A model generated the notes under the pieces. The model was not told the origin of the DNA and ran no database searches. It saw only the letters and a list, made by a program, of their open reading frames with translations. A DNA stretch of 55,770 nt, taken from Octopus bimaculoides (lineage: Eukaryota). Shown in pieces: positions 1 through 11,235 of the stretch (its first letter is position 1; each line of letters opens with the position of its first letter). Position numbers and translations under genes: made by a program. Where the stretch lies: NCBI RefSeq assembly GCF_001194135.2, contig NC_068995.1, positions 17,196,351-17,252,120 of the forward strand. Reading direction: 5' to 3'.

Positions 1-221
1 GCTAATGTATCAGTATGTATTCTACTTTAGTCAAAGTTTAAATCACGCTCTTCAACACGTTTTTGACACGTTAAACCCTACTACTATCAATGAAGTCTGT
101 TCGATATAGAATCATTTCTTTATTACTTTCTCTCTATGCACGCTCATCAATCTTATCTCTTCACATGCTTTCTATCGAAGCATGTTAGTTTGACCGAACT
201 TACTACATATAATATATTTAT

Positions 222-222
222 G

Positions 223-291
<69 letters not shown>

Positions 292-381
292 AGCTATCTC
301 TCTATATGTATGTGTGTATGTATGTGCACGCACATGTATGTGTGTGTCTGTGGTTGTACGCAAATATCTATCTATCTATCC

Positions 382-418
<37 letters not shown>

Positions 419-484
419 CCTATCTATCTATCTATGTGTATACATATATATACAGCTTTATATATGTATATATATGCTCCCCGC

Positions 485-543
<59 letters not shown>

Positions 544-640
544 CGTGTGTGTATGCATGCATACACATATATCTATATGAATACACACAAGCATATCTTT
601 ATGTATCCTCTAATTTTGTTTGCGTGTGTGTGTGTAAGAA
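222..640. repeat. Compound microsatellite (TG)n-(TA)n-(TATC)n-(TG)n
   Basis: Directly visible; explains the [12 protein letters not shown] ORFs at 172-768. Confidence 0.97.
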
Positions 641-3101
641 TATGGACATACGTTTCGTGCGTTAATTCTCTGTATATACGCATAATTATGCACACATATG
701 AGTGCGTATGGAAGGATGCATTCATGTGTTATAATTTTTTTATATGTATAGGTACTATATTGATATAAGAAATATATATTTTATTATATAGTTACAAGGG
801 GGTGAATATATGAGCGATTGTGAAACTGTATGTTTGTGTGCGCTTGAGTATCCGTCTATATATCTCTTCAAATACCCTCCCCCAGAAATACACGTAATCT
901 ATTATTTTTATTATTATTACCATCTTCATTGCCTTCGTTGAAAAATATATATACACCCCAAACACATATATATGTGCATGTTTGTGTGTCTAAGTTTGAT
1001 ATACACGTATATATATATATATATATNNNNNNNNNNNNNNNNNNNNNNNNNNNNNNNNNNNNNNNNNNNNNNNNNNNNNNNNNNNNNNNNNNNNNNNNNN
1101 NNNNNNNNNNNNNNNNNNNNNNNNNNNNNNNNNNNNNNNNNNNNNNNNNNNNNNNNNNNNNNNNNNNNNNNNNNNNNNNNNNNNNNNNNNNNNNNNNNNN
1201 NNNNNNNNNNNNNNNNNNNNNNNNNNNNNNNNNNNNNNNNNNNNNNNNNNNNNNNNNNNNNNNNNNNNNNNNNNNNNNNNNNNNNNNNNNNNNNNNNNNN
1301 NNNNNNNNNNNNNNNNNNNNNNNNNNNNNNNNNNNNNNNNNNNNNNNNNNNNNNNNNNNNNNNNNNNNNNNNNNNNNNNNNNNNNNNNNNNNNNNNNNNN
1401 NNNNNNNNNNNNNNNNNNNNNNNNNNNNNNNNNNNNNNNNNNNNNNNNNNNNNNNNNNNNNNNNNNNNNNNNNNNNNNNNNNNNNNNNNNNNNNNNNNNN
1501 NNNNNNNNNNNNNNNNNNNNNNNNNNNNNNNNNNNNNNNNNNNNNNNNNNNNNNNNNNNNNNNNNNNNNNNNNNNNNNNNNNNNNNNNNNNNNNNNNNNN
1601 NNNNNNNNNNNNNNNNNNNNNNNNNNNNNNNNNNTATATATAGGTATACATATAAATCACTGTACTTTTTTTTTCTTTGTGATCCGCATATATAGGTAGC
1701 TGAGATAAATAAGTATAAAGTGCTGAAGCTATGTGTAAGAGTATGTAAGAGTATGTAAAAGTTGGAACAGAAATACACATAATTGGGCAAAGACTTCAAG
1801 TGAATAGGTTGTGTGCAAAAGTGGTGTCTGGCACGAGAACAATATGCAAAGATTTATAATATAGACATAAACAGTCATCTATAGCCTTATAAAGATATAT
1901 GTGATGTTCGTGGGAGTAGTTTTGTGTGTGGGGTGAGTGAGAGAGCGAGAGACAGAAAGAGAGAGTGGGAGACACAGTGAGATAGAGAACGTGTGTATGT
2001 GTGTGGGAGAATAACAGTGTATACTTTGAGTCTATTTACACTGACTGTGAGACGTATTCTTTCATACTTATAGATATATAAGTTCATGCTTTCATATATG
2101 CTTGTCTTCTGTTTCTTTGGATGCATATATCTCCGTACATGCTAATACATAACAACACACACACACAAACGCGCACACACACAAACGCACACACACAACG
2201 ACAAACATATATATATATATATACATACATATATATNNNNNNNNNNNNNNNNNNNNNNNNNNNNNNNNNNNNNNNNNNNNNNNNNNNNNNNNNNNNNNNN
2301 NNNNNNNNNNNNNNNNNNNNNNNNNNNNNNNNNNNNNNNNNNNNNNNNNNNNNNNNNNNNNNNNNNNNNNNNNNNNNNNNNNNNNNNNNNNNNNNNNNNN
2401 NNNNNNNNNNNNNNNNNNNNNNNNNNNNNNNNNNNNNNNNNNNNNNNNNNNNNNNNNNNNNNNNNNNNNNNNNNNNNNNNNNNNNNNNNNNNNNNNNNNN
2501 NNNNNNNNNNNNNNNNNNNNNNNNNNNNNNNNNNNNNNNNNNNNNNNNNNNNNNNNNNNNNNNNNNNNNNNNNNNNNNNNNNNNNNNNNNNNNNNNNNNN
2601 NNNNNNNNNNNNNNNNNNNNNNNNNNNNNNNNNNNNNNNNNNNNNNNNNNNNNNNNNNNNNNNNNNNNNNNNNNNNNNNNNNNNNNNNNNNNNNNNNNNN
2701 NNNNNNNNNNNNNNNNNNNNNNNNNNNNNNNNNNNNNNNNNNNNNNNNNNNNNNNNNNNNNNNNNNNNNNNNNNNNNNNNNNNNNNNNNNNNNNNNNNNN
2801 NNNNNNNNNNNNNNNNNNNNNNNNNNNNNNNNNNNNNNNNNNNNNNNNNNNNNNNNNNNNNNNNNNNNNNNNNNNNNNNNNNNNNNNNNNNNNNNNNNNN
2901 NNNNNNNNNNNNNNNNNNNNNNNNNNNNNNNNNNNNNNNNNNNNNNNNNNNNNNNNNNNNNNNNNNNNNNNNNNNNNNNNNNNNNNNNNNNNNNNNNNNN
3001 NNNNNNNNNNNNNNNNNNNNNNNNNNNNNNNNNNNNNNNNNNNNNNNNNNNNNNNNNNNNNNNNNNNNNNNNNNNNNNNNNNNNNNNNNNNNNNNNNNNN
3101 N

Positions 3102-3140
<39 letters not shown>

Positions 3141-3329
3141 CGTACATGTTCGTAAGTATGTGACTACGTTTAAACGCGCCTGTTTTCCAGATTTAGTATT
3201 CACTACATACCTGTATATGAGAGTATTTGATTGTATAGCTGAGTGTGCGCGTGTGTATCTGTGCATTTATGCTGGAGTGTCCATATACACTCATGTACAT
3301 TTGTGTGTGTTTATGTGTATGTACATTTG

Positions 3330-3850
3330 TGTGCACAATGTTATTTTTCAAAGATGTTCTTATCTTTCCAACTCAGTGCCCATTTCAGTTTAATTCCCTT
3401 TGTTTTAATGCCATGAACTCTTGTACGTCTGAAAATTCCGTTATGATATTTTTTTCTTCTCTTCCTGCACTATAAATAATGGCGAAAATTTCTAGTAGAT
3501 TTTCCTTCGTTCTACTCTATCGAGCTTATTTTTATTACCTGTATTTCTTTTGCCGTTCTTACACCTTTTAAATCAAACACTTGTTCGTTTTCAGTATTTT
3601 CTTCATATATATCTTTTTTTTTTCTTTCTCCTTTCTTCGCGTATATTCACGTAGGTTTTATTATATTCTTCGTTTCTTTACCATTGCTGTGTCGAGGGAG
3701 ACATATGGATTGCTATATAAGTGTCTTCGTTCGCTAATGATAGACACAAACTATTGCCGTACCTCTTGTCTTTCCATTTTATTTCTCTTTTCGGCCAGTT
3801 TTTATTTACAATGTTTTTGCCGTATTTATATTACTTATGGTTATTTTTAA
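3330..3850 (-). mobile_element. Possible heavily decayed RTE-like LINE fragment (EN-RT linker region)
   Basis: Broken minus-strand frames (VSLDTAMVKKRR; KKDIYEENTE..KGVRTAKEIQ; LLEIFAIIYSA) resemble the basic linker of RTE ORFs; several stops and frameshifts. Confidence 0.3.
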
Positions 3851-4669
3851 TCAAATAAAAATGGCTTTTATTAGTAAGACACGATGAAATTGTTTGTATT
3901 GAGATGTATTTACTCTATTTTGATGGAAAGGAAATTGAAGTTAGACAAGGCAATACATCTTTACTAAAAAAGTAAATACAAAATAAATATAAAATGAATA
4001 TACACAAGTTTCACAATATCGGTCAGCCATTTTGATCTTATTTTTACTATCTAACAATTTTTATGATACTACTAATAGAATGACATGTCAATAGTTTCCT
4101 AATTACATTTAAACTTCAATGATAATCAGAGAAAAAACACCAATCAACGTCATACAACATATAATTCCCATGAGGTAATTTTTGTGAAATTTAGAGACCA
4201 CTTATCGCATCTCGTTTTAAAATATTCTACAAAATGTCCGCTCTATATAGGCTGACCACTTTTGAAAGTAAAACAGTATACTTAAATTGAATCATAAGAA
4301 AAACCAAAGCTGGTAGAGTCCAAAATGCATTAAATTACTTAACAGCGTATTGATCTCATACCAAACATTTACTGCTACAGTTCTATTGTTGTATCTATTA
4401 CAATTACTAAGTAATCTACTCCTGTTAGTCGTAAATAGTTACCAGGTAGAGTTATATTCCTATCTGTGTTTAGCAAGGGCTTTTTCATACAATATCTTCA
4501 TGTGCAAACTTTGTAAATTTGATTTCAAATTTGGCTACTGACAGTTATTTGCGCAAGTTGCATTGTTGCACAATAACTAGATTTATATGCACAACATTGA
4601 ACCCAAGCATAAAATGGAAGGTTCAAGTTAGATAAACGAAAATTCAATCTTCATTCGACGAGCCTTCTA

Positions 4670-4870
4670 GCCTAAACTCATGAAGAGGTTGGTGCGTGAG
4701 GTTCTATCCAGCGTTCTTTTGAGCACATCTTTCATAATGGTGAACGCTTTTCATACGTCCCTTATTATTTACTAGAGCTCTTTCTCCATGTATCGGTGCA
4801 TATTCATCACTCGTCCAAAGTGAGCCACAGATCAGCTGCAGACCAGGATGACGGAACTGGCCATCAGAAA
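4670..4870 (-). mobile_element. RTE-clade LINE fragment (region C-terminal to the RT core)
   Basis: Minus frame AHFGRVMNMHRYMEKEL**IIRDV*KAFTIMKDVLKRTLDRTSRTNLF resembles the RTE pattern YLGR.VNM...EI.RRI...W.AF..IKDVL...LD...RANLF; three stops. Confidence 0.6.
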
Positions 4871-5029
4871 CTCGGAAGTAAGCCTCTACAATTTGTGGCC
4901 GCATGAAAACAAGGTTCATGCGGTCAGAATATTCAGCAATACACACACACACACACAAACACATGCTTGCATGTGTGTTTGTGTGTGTTTGAACGTGTGA
5001 CTGTGTGTCTGTATGTGCATATATGCGTG

Positions 5030-5750
5030 AAGATGCGCGCGCGAATACATACTCACTAGTCTCATACCTGCTCACAGTAGACGCACTCACTCCACACGCA
5101 ATGACCTGCTATAAGCATCAGTGGACATTTCCTATTAGCAAACCTAGCCTCTCTCGCTAGTCACGATGCCGCTACCGACCGCTTATTCTAGTATTAGGTC
5201 CAAGGAATTCGAAAAAAAGATTTATGTCACCACCAAACTAATAACGTCATGTGACCTGCGTTGACCCGCAGAGCCCGGATAAGCCAGAGGCCATCTTGGA
5301 TTCCCCATCTATCGGTTCTACATGCCTGGCAAGCTACACCCATTTGGTTGACAAGGGCGATTTTACCTTCGGGTTCGAATTTCGCGCGTTCCACTATGCC
5401 TTTGTTGCTTTAGTTGTTGATGAAATACGTACAATTTCCATACTCGTCGATCTAATCAACTTGCTGACTTCATCAAAAGTTTCAGGGCAATAGTAAAAAA
5501 ATAATACTAACACACATGTCATGAATTCGCATAACATCTGTCTAGTCACGTGGACACATTTTTATATTTAGGATTTCCATGACAATTAATTTGTCCAAAA
5601 GCGTCGAGCAGATCACATGCAGACATCGTGGCAAATTTCTTCCAATATATTTCAGACTATATATTTTCTAATAAGACTTCAGTTCTATTACTATACGTAT
5701 TTATTAATATATGTTGCAGGAACTTACATTTCATGCTCACGTGTAAAACA
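5030..5750. promoter_or_regulatory. CpG-rich promoter-like patch with YY1 and E-box motifs
   Basis: Locally CpG-rich; GCCATCTTGG (YY1 motif, reads CCAAGATGGC on minus) at 5290-5299; GTCATGTGAC 5246-5255; CACGTG 5547-5552 and 5738-5743; CACATG 5614-5619. No linked gene identified. Confidence 0.35.
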
Positions 5751-6029
5751 AAAGAACTTTAAATTGTTTACTATTTGCTCGAAAGTATTCATGGCATATC
5801 ATTCCTTTCTAAAGTTTCAAATAATTTTCCCGTATTTTTATTTCTTAACAATTAATGTATTTGTAGTATTCGTTAGCGCAAATCATTGGTTTCATCACTT
5901 TTGAAAGATATAATTTCCACCACTAAAAATGTACAAGTTTTCTGACATTGTAGATGTAAAAGAACATATTCTGTACTTCACTTTCCCAATCACCGTCATA
6001 ATACTCATTCATACATATTTTTACGCTTT

Positions 6030-6235
6030 TACTCTTTTACTTGTTTCAGTCATTTTTGACTGCGGCCATGCTGGAGCACCACCTTCAGTCGAGAAAATCA
6101 ACCCCAAGGCTTATTCTTTGTAATCCTAGTACTTATTCTATTGGGCTCTTTTGCCGAACCGCTAAGTTACGGGGACGTAAACAAACCAGCATCGGTTGTC
6201 AAGCGATGGTGGGGGGGACAAACACAGACACACAA

Positions 6236-6275
<40 letters not shown>

Positions 6276-6612
6276 TTATATNNNNNNNNNNNNNNNNNNN
6301 NNNNNNNNNNNNNNNNNNNNNNNNNNNNNNNNNNNNNNNNNNNNNNNNNNNNNNNNNNNNNNNNNNNNNNNNNNNNNNNNNNNNNNNNNNNNNNNNNNNN
6401 NNNNNNNNNNNNNNNNNNNNNNNNNNNNNNNNNNNNNNNNNNNNNNNNNNNNNNCTTCTTTCAGTTTCCGTCTACCAAGTCCACTCACAAGGCTTTGGTC
6501 GGCCCGAGGCTATAGTAGAAGACACTTGCCCAAGGTGCCACGGAGTGGGACTGAACCCGGAACCATGTAGTTGGTAAGCAAGCTACTTACCACACAGCCA
6601 TTTCTGCGCCTA
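6030..6612 (-). mobile_element. tRNA-derived SINE (family A) with internal (CA)n(TA)n microsatellite
   Basis: Minus head TGGCTGTGTGGTAAG...GGTTCAGTCCC (A/B-box like); body recurs at 21990, 26750 and 28240; an N gap sits in the internal microsatellite. Confidence 0.9.
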
Positions 6613-6861
6613 CGTGAACATATACAAATTTTTCATAAACAAAAAAAGATACAAAAAAACCCCAAAAAACCAAAAAAAAACCAAAACCAAAACAAAAACA
6701 AAAAACGAAGCCAGGGATCAAAGTTCTTTTCTGAAACTGGTTGCTGGATTCTGTGACGAATATACTTACTCTCCAGTCCGTCATAGGATTACTTTACTTA
6801 TTTTTGCGCGCTGAATGGACTGTAGTAAGGAGAAATAGCGTTTTTGTCAAGAGTAGAACAC

Positions 6862-6940
6862 ATCAGCCGGGCCAGGAATAGGAACGACAATCTTACGATC
6901 GTGATGGCACCACGCTAACCACTGGGATATGCGCCTGCAA
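6862..6940 (-). mobile_element. Degenerate tRNA-like SINE head (family B-like)
   Basis: Minus reads GGCGCATATCCCAGTGGTTAGCGTGG...GTTCCTATTCCTGG; similar to the head at 42890-42970. Confidence 0.5.
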
Positions 6941-7237
6941 TCCCTTCACACACACACACACATACACAGATGCAAACGCAGACGTGCACGCACACACGGT
7001 TACAAATACATAAATCCACACACGTATACAGGACTACATAGCCGCATATGCACCCATACGCACACACTTATAAATACACACAGCCTTGCATACACGCTGT
7101 TATATATGAACCTACATTATACATAAGTACATTCTAGCAAGGATATCGGCGCTTTTCATCAAAACTATATGATGTACTTTGTATGTGTATTTCGTGTGCA
7201 AGATTCTTGATGTGGATACGTGTGTTGAAAGAAATAC

Positions 7238-7414
7238 AATTAAACCTTGGGTGAGGCATTATGCCGGTAATAAACACACGCACTGGTTCAGTCCTTTATT
7301 AATTTATATAGATTTTTGTTAAATTATTTCATTGCACTCTTGCAATCTCTTAATAAAGGACTGAACCAGTGCGTGTGTTTATTACCGGCATAATGCCTCT
7401 CCCAAGGTTTAATT
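7238..7414. mobile_element. Fold-back element / MITE: 65-bp inverted repeat arms, 47-nt spacer
   Basis: 7238-7302 and 7350-7414 are reverse complements with one mismatch; TTAA at 7240-7243 and 7409-7412. Confidence 0.85.
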
Positions 7415-8384
7415 ATATGATATACATTTGAAACTTAAACTAAGGACTTCGATTTGACCTACGAGGAATAAAATAGTAGCTACTGAGTGAAAGAGAAACA
7501 GATCAATCTTACTTTTTTATTCAGCATTTTTTTCTTATACATTATTAAATACCTCATCCAAATAACATTAAGNNNNNNNNNNNNNNNNNNNNNNNNNNNN
7601 NNNNNNNNNNNNNNNNNNNNNNNNNNNNNNNNNNNNNNNNNNNNNNNNNNNNNNNNNNNNNNNNNNNNNNNNNNNNNNNNNNNNNNNNNNNNNNNNNNNN
7701 NNNNNNNNNNNNNNNNNNNNNNNNNNNNNNNNNNNNNNNNNNNNNNNNNNNNNNNNNNNNNNNNNNNNNNNNNNNNNNNNNNNNNNNNNNNNNNNNNNNN
7801 NNNNNNNNNNNNNNNNNNNNNNNNNNNNNNNNNNNNNNNNNNNNNNNNNNNNNNNNNNNNNNNNNNNNNNNNNNNNNNNNNNNNNNNNNNNNNNNNNNNN
7901 NNNNNNNNNNNNNNNNNNNNNNNNNNNNNNNNNNNNNNNNNNNNNNNNNNNNNNNNNNNNNNNNNNNNNNNNNNNNNNNNNNNNNNNNNNNNNNNNNNNN
8001 NNNNNNNNNNNNNNNNNNNNNNNNNNNNNNNNNNNNNNNNNNNNNNNNNNNNNNNNNNNNNNNNNNNNNNNNNNNNNNNNNNNNNNNNNNNNNNNNNNNN
8101 NNNNNNNNNNNNNNNNNNNNNNNNNNNNNNNNNNNNNNNNNNNNNNNNNNNNNNNNNNNNNNNNNNNNNNNNNNNNNNNNNNNNNNNNNNNNNNNNNNNN
8201 NNNNNNNNNNNNNNNNNNNNNNNNNNNNNNNNNNNNNNNNNNNNNNNNNNNNNNNNNNNNNNNNNNNNNNNNNNNNNNNNNNNNNNATATATATATATAT
8301 ATATATATATATAAATCGAATGATATAGAATGATGTATATGTCTGTGTATGCTTGCATGCATTTTGATATGTTGCTATACATTG

Positions 8385-8530
8385 GTCAAGACTTGGGTCT
8401 GTGTTTAAGAAACCCACCTTGCACCAATGCGGTTTCAGTTTCAGTCCTACTACACTTCTCCTAAGGTACATATCACCAACCTAGGATGAACAAATGCCTT
8501 GAGTGAATATGGTATATGGAGGCTCAGTGA
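8385..8530 (+). mobile_element. Degenerate family A SINE 5' part, plus orientation
   Basis: GGTTTCAGTTTCAGTCCTACT...ACAAATGCCTTGAGTGAATATGGTA resembles the reverse complement of 6455-6570. Confidence 0.45.
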
Positions 8531-8858
8531 AATGTGTGTGTCTGACAGTTTATAATTGTTCACTCACATCACTTGGAGACATAAGCTAGTATTATGTCGT
8601 CCCATGTAACAGAGTCTTTTGGCAAAAGTGTCCTATACATTACGTACAAATCTTTAAAAAAGCACTGGGAAACAATTGTTCAGTAAAATCTTTGATGAAA
8701 TACCTCAGAAAGTTCAGATACATATTGCATATATTCATGTATGTACATATGTGAAAGTATGTGTGCATGTGTAGGTGTGTTTGTGTGTTCGTGTGTGTGC
8801 GTGTGTGCTAGTGTGTGTGTGTACGCGTGTGCATGTCTATATTGTTTTTATTATTGTA

Positions 8859-8924
<66 letters not shown>
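8859..8924. repeat. (ATT)n microsatellite
   Basis: Directly visible. Confidence 0.97.
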
Positions 8925-8925
8925 T

Positions 8926-10045
8926 AGGCCTTTTCGGCTAAACCCGGATAAGAGGACTTTGGGAAGGCTCTTCATGAATGATAATGCGTCAAACGTGGCA
9001 GTTGAATCAGCCGACCCTCTCAAAATCCAAGGTAAGTAACATTCTTCCATTTTGTTTCTCCAATAAACACGGTCGTTTTCAGAGTAGGATGTGTGAATGT
9101 TCGTGGCCTGTGGGGTCAGCTTGGAAGCAATGTCACTTGATAAACGACTTCAGATCGTGGTCTGTCGGGAGCGGGCGGCGGGGTAGCAGTGCTATTTCGA
9201 AAATCCTCAGATGTCGAAGTAAAAGCATTCTTCTTGGACCCGAGCGGTCGGCTGGTGGTCCTGGATGTGAATGATAGTGAAGGTGGCACCCTTAGACTGG
9301 TGGTCATCTATGCTGCGTTGGAAGGCCAGAATTCTTCACGTGTCTCGAAAATTTCCTGGGAACGTCTCGCAGTTTAGTACTAGTAGGGGACTGGAATGTG
9401 ATTTTGGACGCGCAGGAAGACTGTGTGGGGCTAGAACACAGAAGAAAGAGACGCAAAAACCTCGAATACCTACTCAGAGACTTCCAATTGTGTGATAGGT
9501 ATCCACTGGATTTCCTTGATGTTCCAGTATGGACATGGAGCAAACACAATGGGTCATTCAGATCGTATCTTGATAGAGTATTTGTTAGGTCAGAGGATAG
9601 GGATAGTGTAGGCTGTCCACAATTTAAATTGGTCGGCTACATATATCTGCACAGTCGGGCTAGATATGGCTCGTAGACAGGGACCCATTTACTGGAAGTC
9701 AAACGTGTCCTTTCCGGCTCGCAAATACTACAGGGACCGGATTACTGAAATAGTAAAGCGGTAGTTGATGGGACAATCGTTAACAACCCGTCGTGGGCCG
9801 CCCTGAAGAGGGCGATTCGAGCAGAATTGATAGCGTTTAGCAAAGAGTTAGCAATAGAAAGGAATAGATTAGCGGGTGAAATAGTGAATTAGAAGACGCG
9901 ATTAAAAACTCATTGCGACCGATTTGTTTGCGGCGAGAATGACCCTTGATCATTTCTTCGAAGCGAAACAAGAAGGTTGCGTTGTTAGAGCTAAGGCCCG
10001 TCCGCTGAAACAGTAAGTGCTTAAAGCTAGCAGATGGGCTCGAAT
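8926..10045 (+). mobile_element. Tx1/L1-like LINE, ORF2 APE endonuclease domain (decayed, 3'-truncated)
   Basis: Frames give VGCVNVRGL, DPSGRLVVLDV..LRLVVIYA, LVGDWNVILD, WTWSKHNGSFRSYLDRVFV: ordered APE motifs with frameshifts. Confidence 0.85.
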
Positions 10046-10047
10046 TA

Positions 10048-10084
<37 letters not shown>

Positions 10085-11100
10085 GAGTGAGATAGCAGAA
10101 CAGGCCATCAAAGTCAAAAATAGGCGAAGCTCAGTATATCCATCATGACTACACGTCTGATAAGAGTACACCAGACACATGCATCACAGTCATATCTGCG
10201 CGACATAGTGATCTCATATCAAGATAAACAGCACATGATATTTACTGATGGGACCCAGTTAGAGTTTTCTGCAGGTGGAATAGCCCATCCCACTCAAAAA
10301 GGTCCCTGAATAAGGGTTGTTTAATGATGTTGATCGAAACACCTATGTTTCCAAAGCTGAATTATCCAAACCCGAAAGAAATCGTCTCAGCACATAACTC
10401 TGATGCTCCCCCTACTACATCTGCTCGGGATCAGAGATGAAAATACCGTCAGCCACTAAGGGACATGCTGAGCTGGTTAAGATCAAACAAATCACAAGCA
10501 AATGGAAAAGAAACAATCCTACCATTGGGCTACGACAAGTAACCTTACATGCCTAGGAGTCTCCTAAGTATCCTAGCGGTTCCTAATAACACTGTGTTTT
10601 GGAGCTGTACTAAACTGGGTTTTATGCCTACTTCCTCTATCCATCTGATCGGTCGTCCATTCATATTGAATTCCTTCGTAGTTCTTATATATAACCTTGG
10701 TAATTAAGCTTTTGTTCAATCTACAAAAAATGCTGAGTATCTAGGTAATGATACTGCCCAAGTATTTACAGCCTTCACTAGATTCGGACCATTTAGCTTT
10801 GACTTCGTTAGCTTCCTAACCGTTCTGATATATTCCTTCTCGATTTTCGTTTTCGTTTCTATAGTTAATACTCTATCATTTGTTAATATCTCCTAGATAC
10901 CTATAACTTTCTCCTCATTTCAATGATTTTAACGTCTAGCTATCTGGGAATTGGATACCTTCACTGTTGACTACATGTCCCCTTCTCATATCAAATATTG
11001 CATACTTATCTATGCCAAATTCCATGTCCATATCTTTGCTGAAGAGTCTTGCAGTCGGCATTAAGGAATCTGTTTCTTTTCCATTCTTACTAAAATGCTT
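10048..11100 (-). mobile_element. RTE-X-like LINE 3' end with 3' UTR and (AAT)n tail
   Basis: Minus frames RLFSKDMDMEFGIDK and LQNTVLLGTARILRRLL* match RTE-X motifs; ends in CTCACTC(AAT)n at 10048-10090; internally deleted. Confidence 0.7.
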
Positions 11101-11160
11101 CAGATCATCCATTTAGCGCAAATGGTTAATTTTTCCCTTATTATTTTTGAACTGGTATAG

Positions 11161-11235
11161 CCATCCATCCATCGGTCCGTCCGTCCGTCCGTCCGTCCTT
11201 CCATCCATCCATCCATCCATCCATCCATCCATCCA
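11161..11235. repeat. (CCAT)n/(CCGT)n tetranucleotide microsatellite
   Basis: Directly visible. Confidence 0.95.

Noticed and set aside
172-3266. Long ORFs in the track (YIYI, CVCV, HTHT, X runs; also at 7480-8471, 11100-12133, 22167-22967, 44909-45702, 52966-55146)
   Set aside because: They are translations of microsatellites and N gaps, not genes.
4800-4850. In-frame TGA in VCS*SV as possible selenocysteine
   Set aside because: The frame is better explained as a decayed RTE ORF with further stops; no SECIS seen.
5335-5385. tRNA gene around GGGTTCGAAT
   Set aside because: No acceptor stem, D-arm or A-box at the right spacing; the SINE heads elsewhere are also not functional tRNA genes.
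6771-6820. 50-nt minus-strand segment with strong acceptor and donor
   Set aside because: Stops in all three frames; it could only be a non-coding exon, and nothing else supports that.
8926-10090. Tx1 element targeting (ATT)n because it is flanked by ATT tracts on both sides
   Set aside because: The right-hand tract is better explained as the (AAT)n tail of the neighbouring RTE-X element, and the Tx1 piece lacks its true ends.
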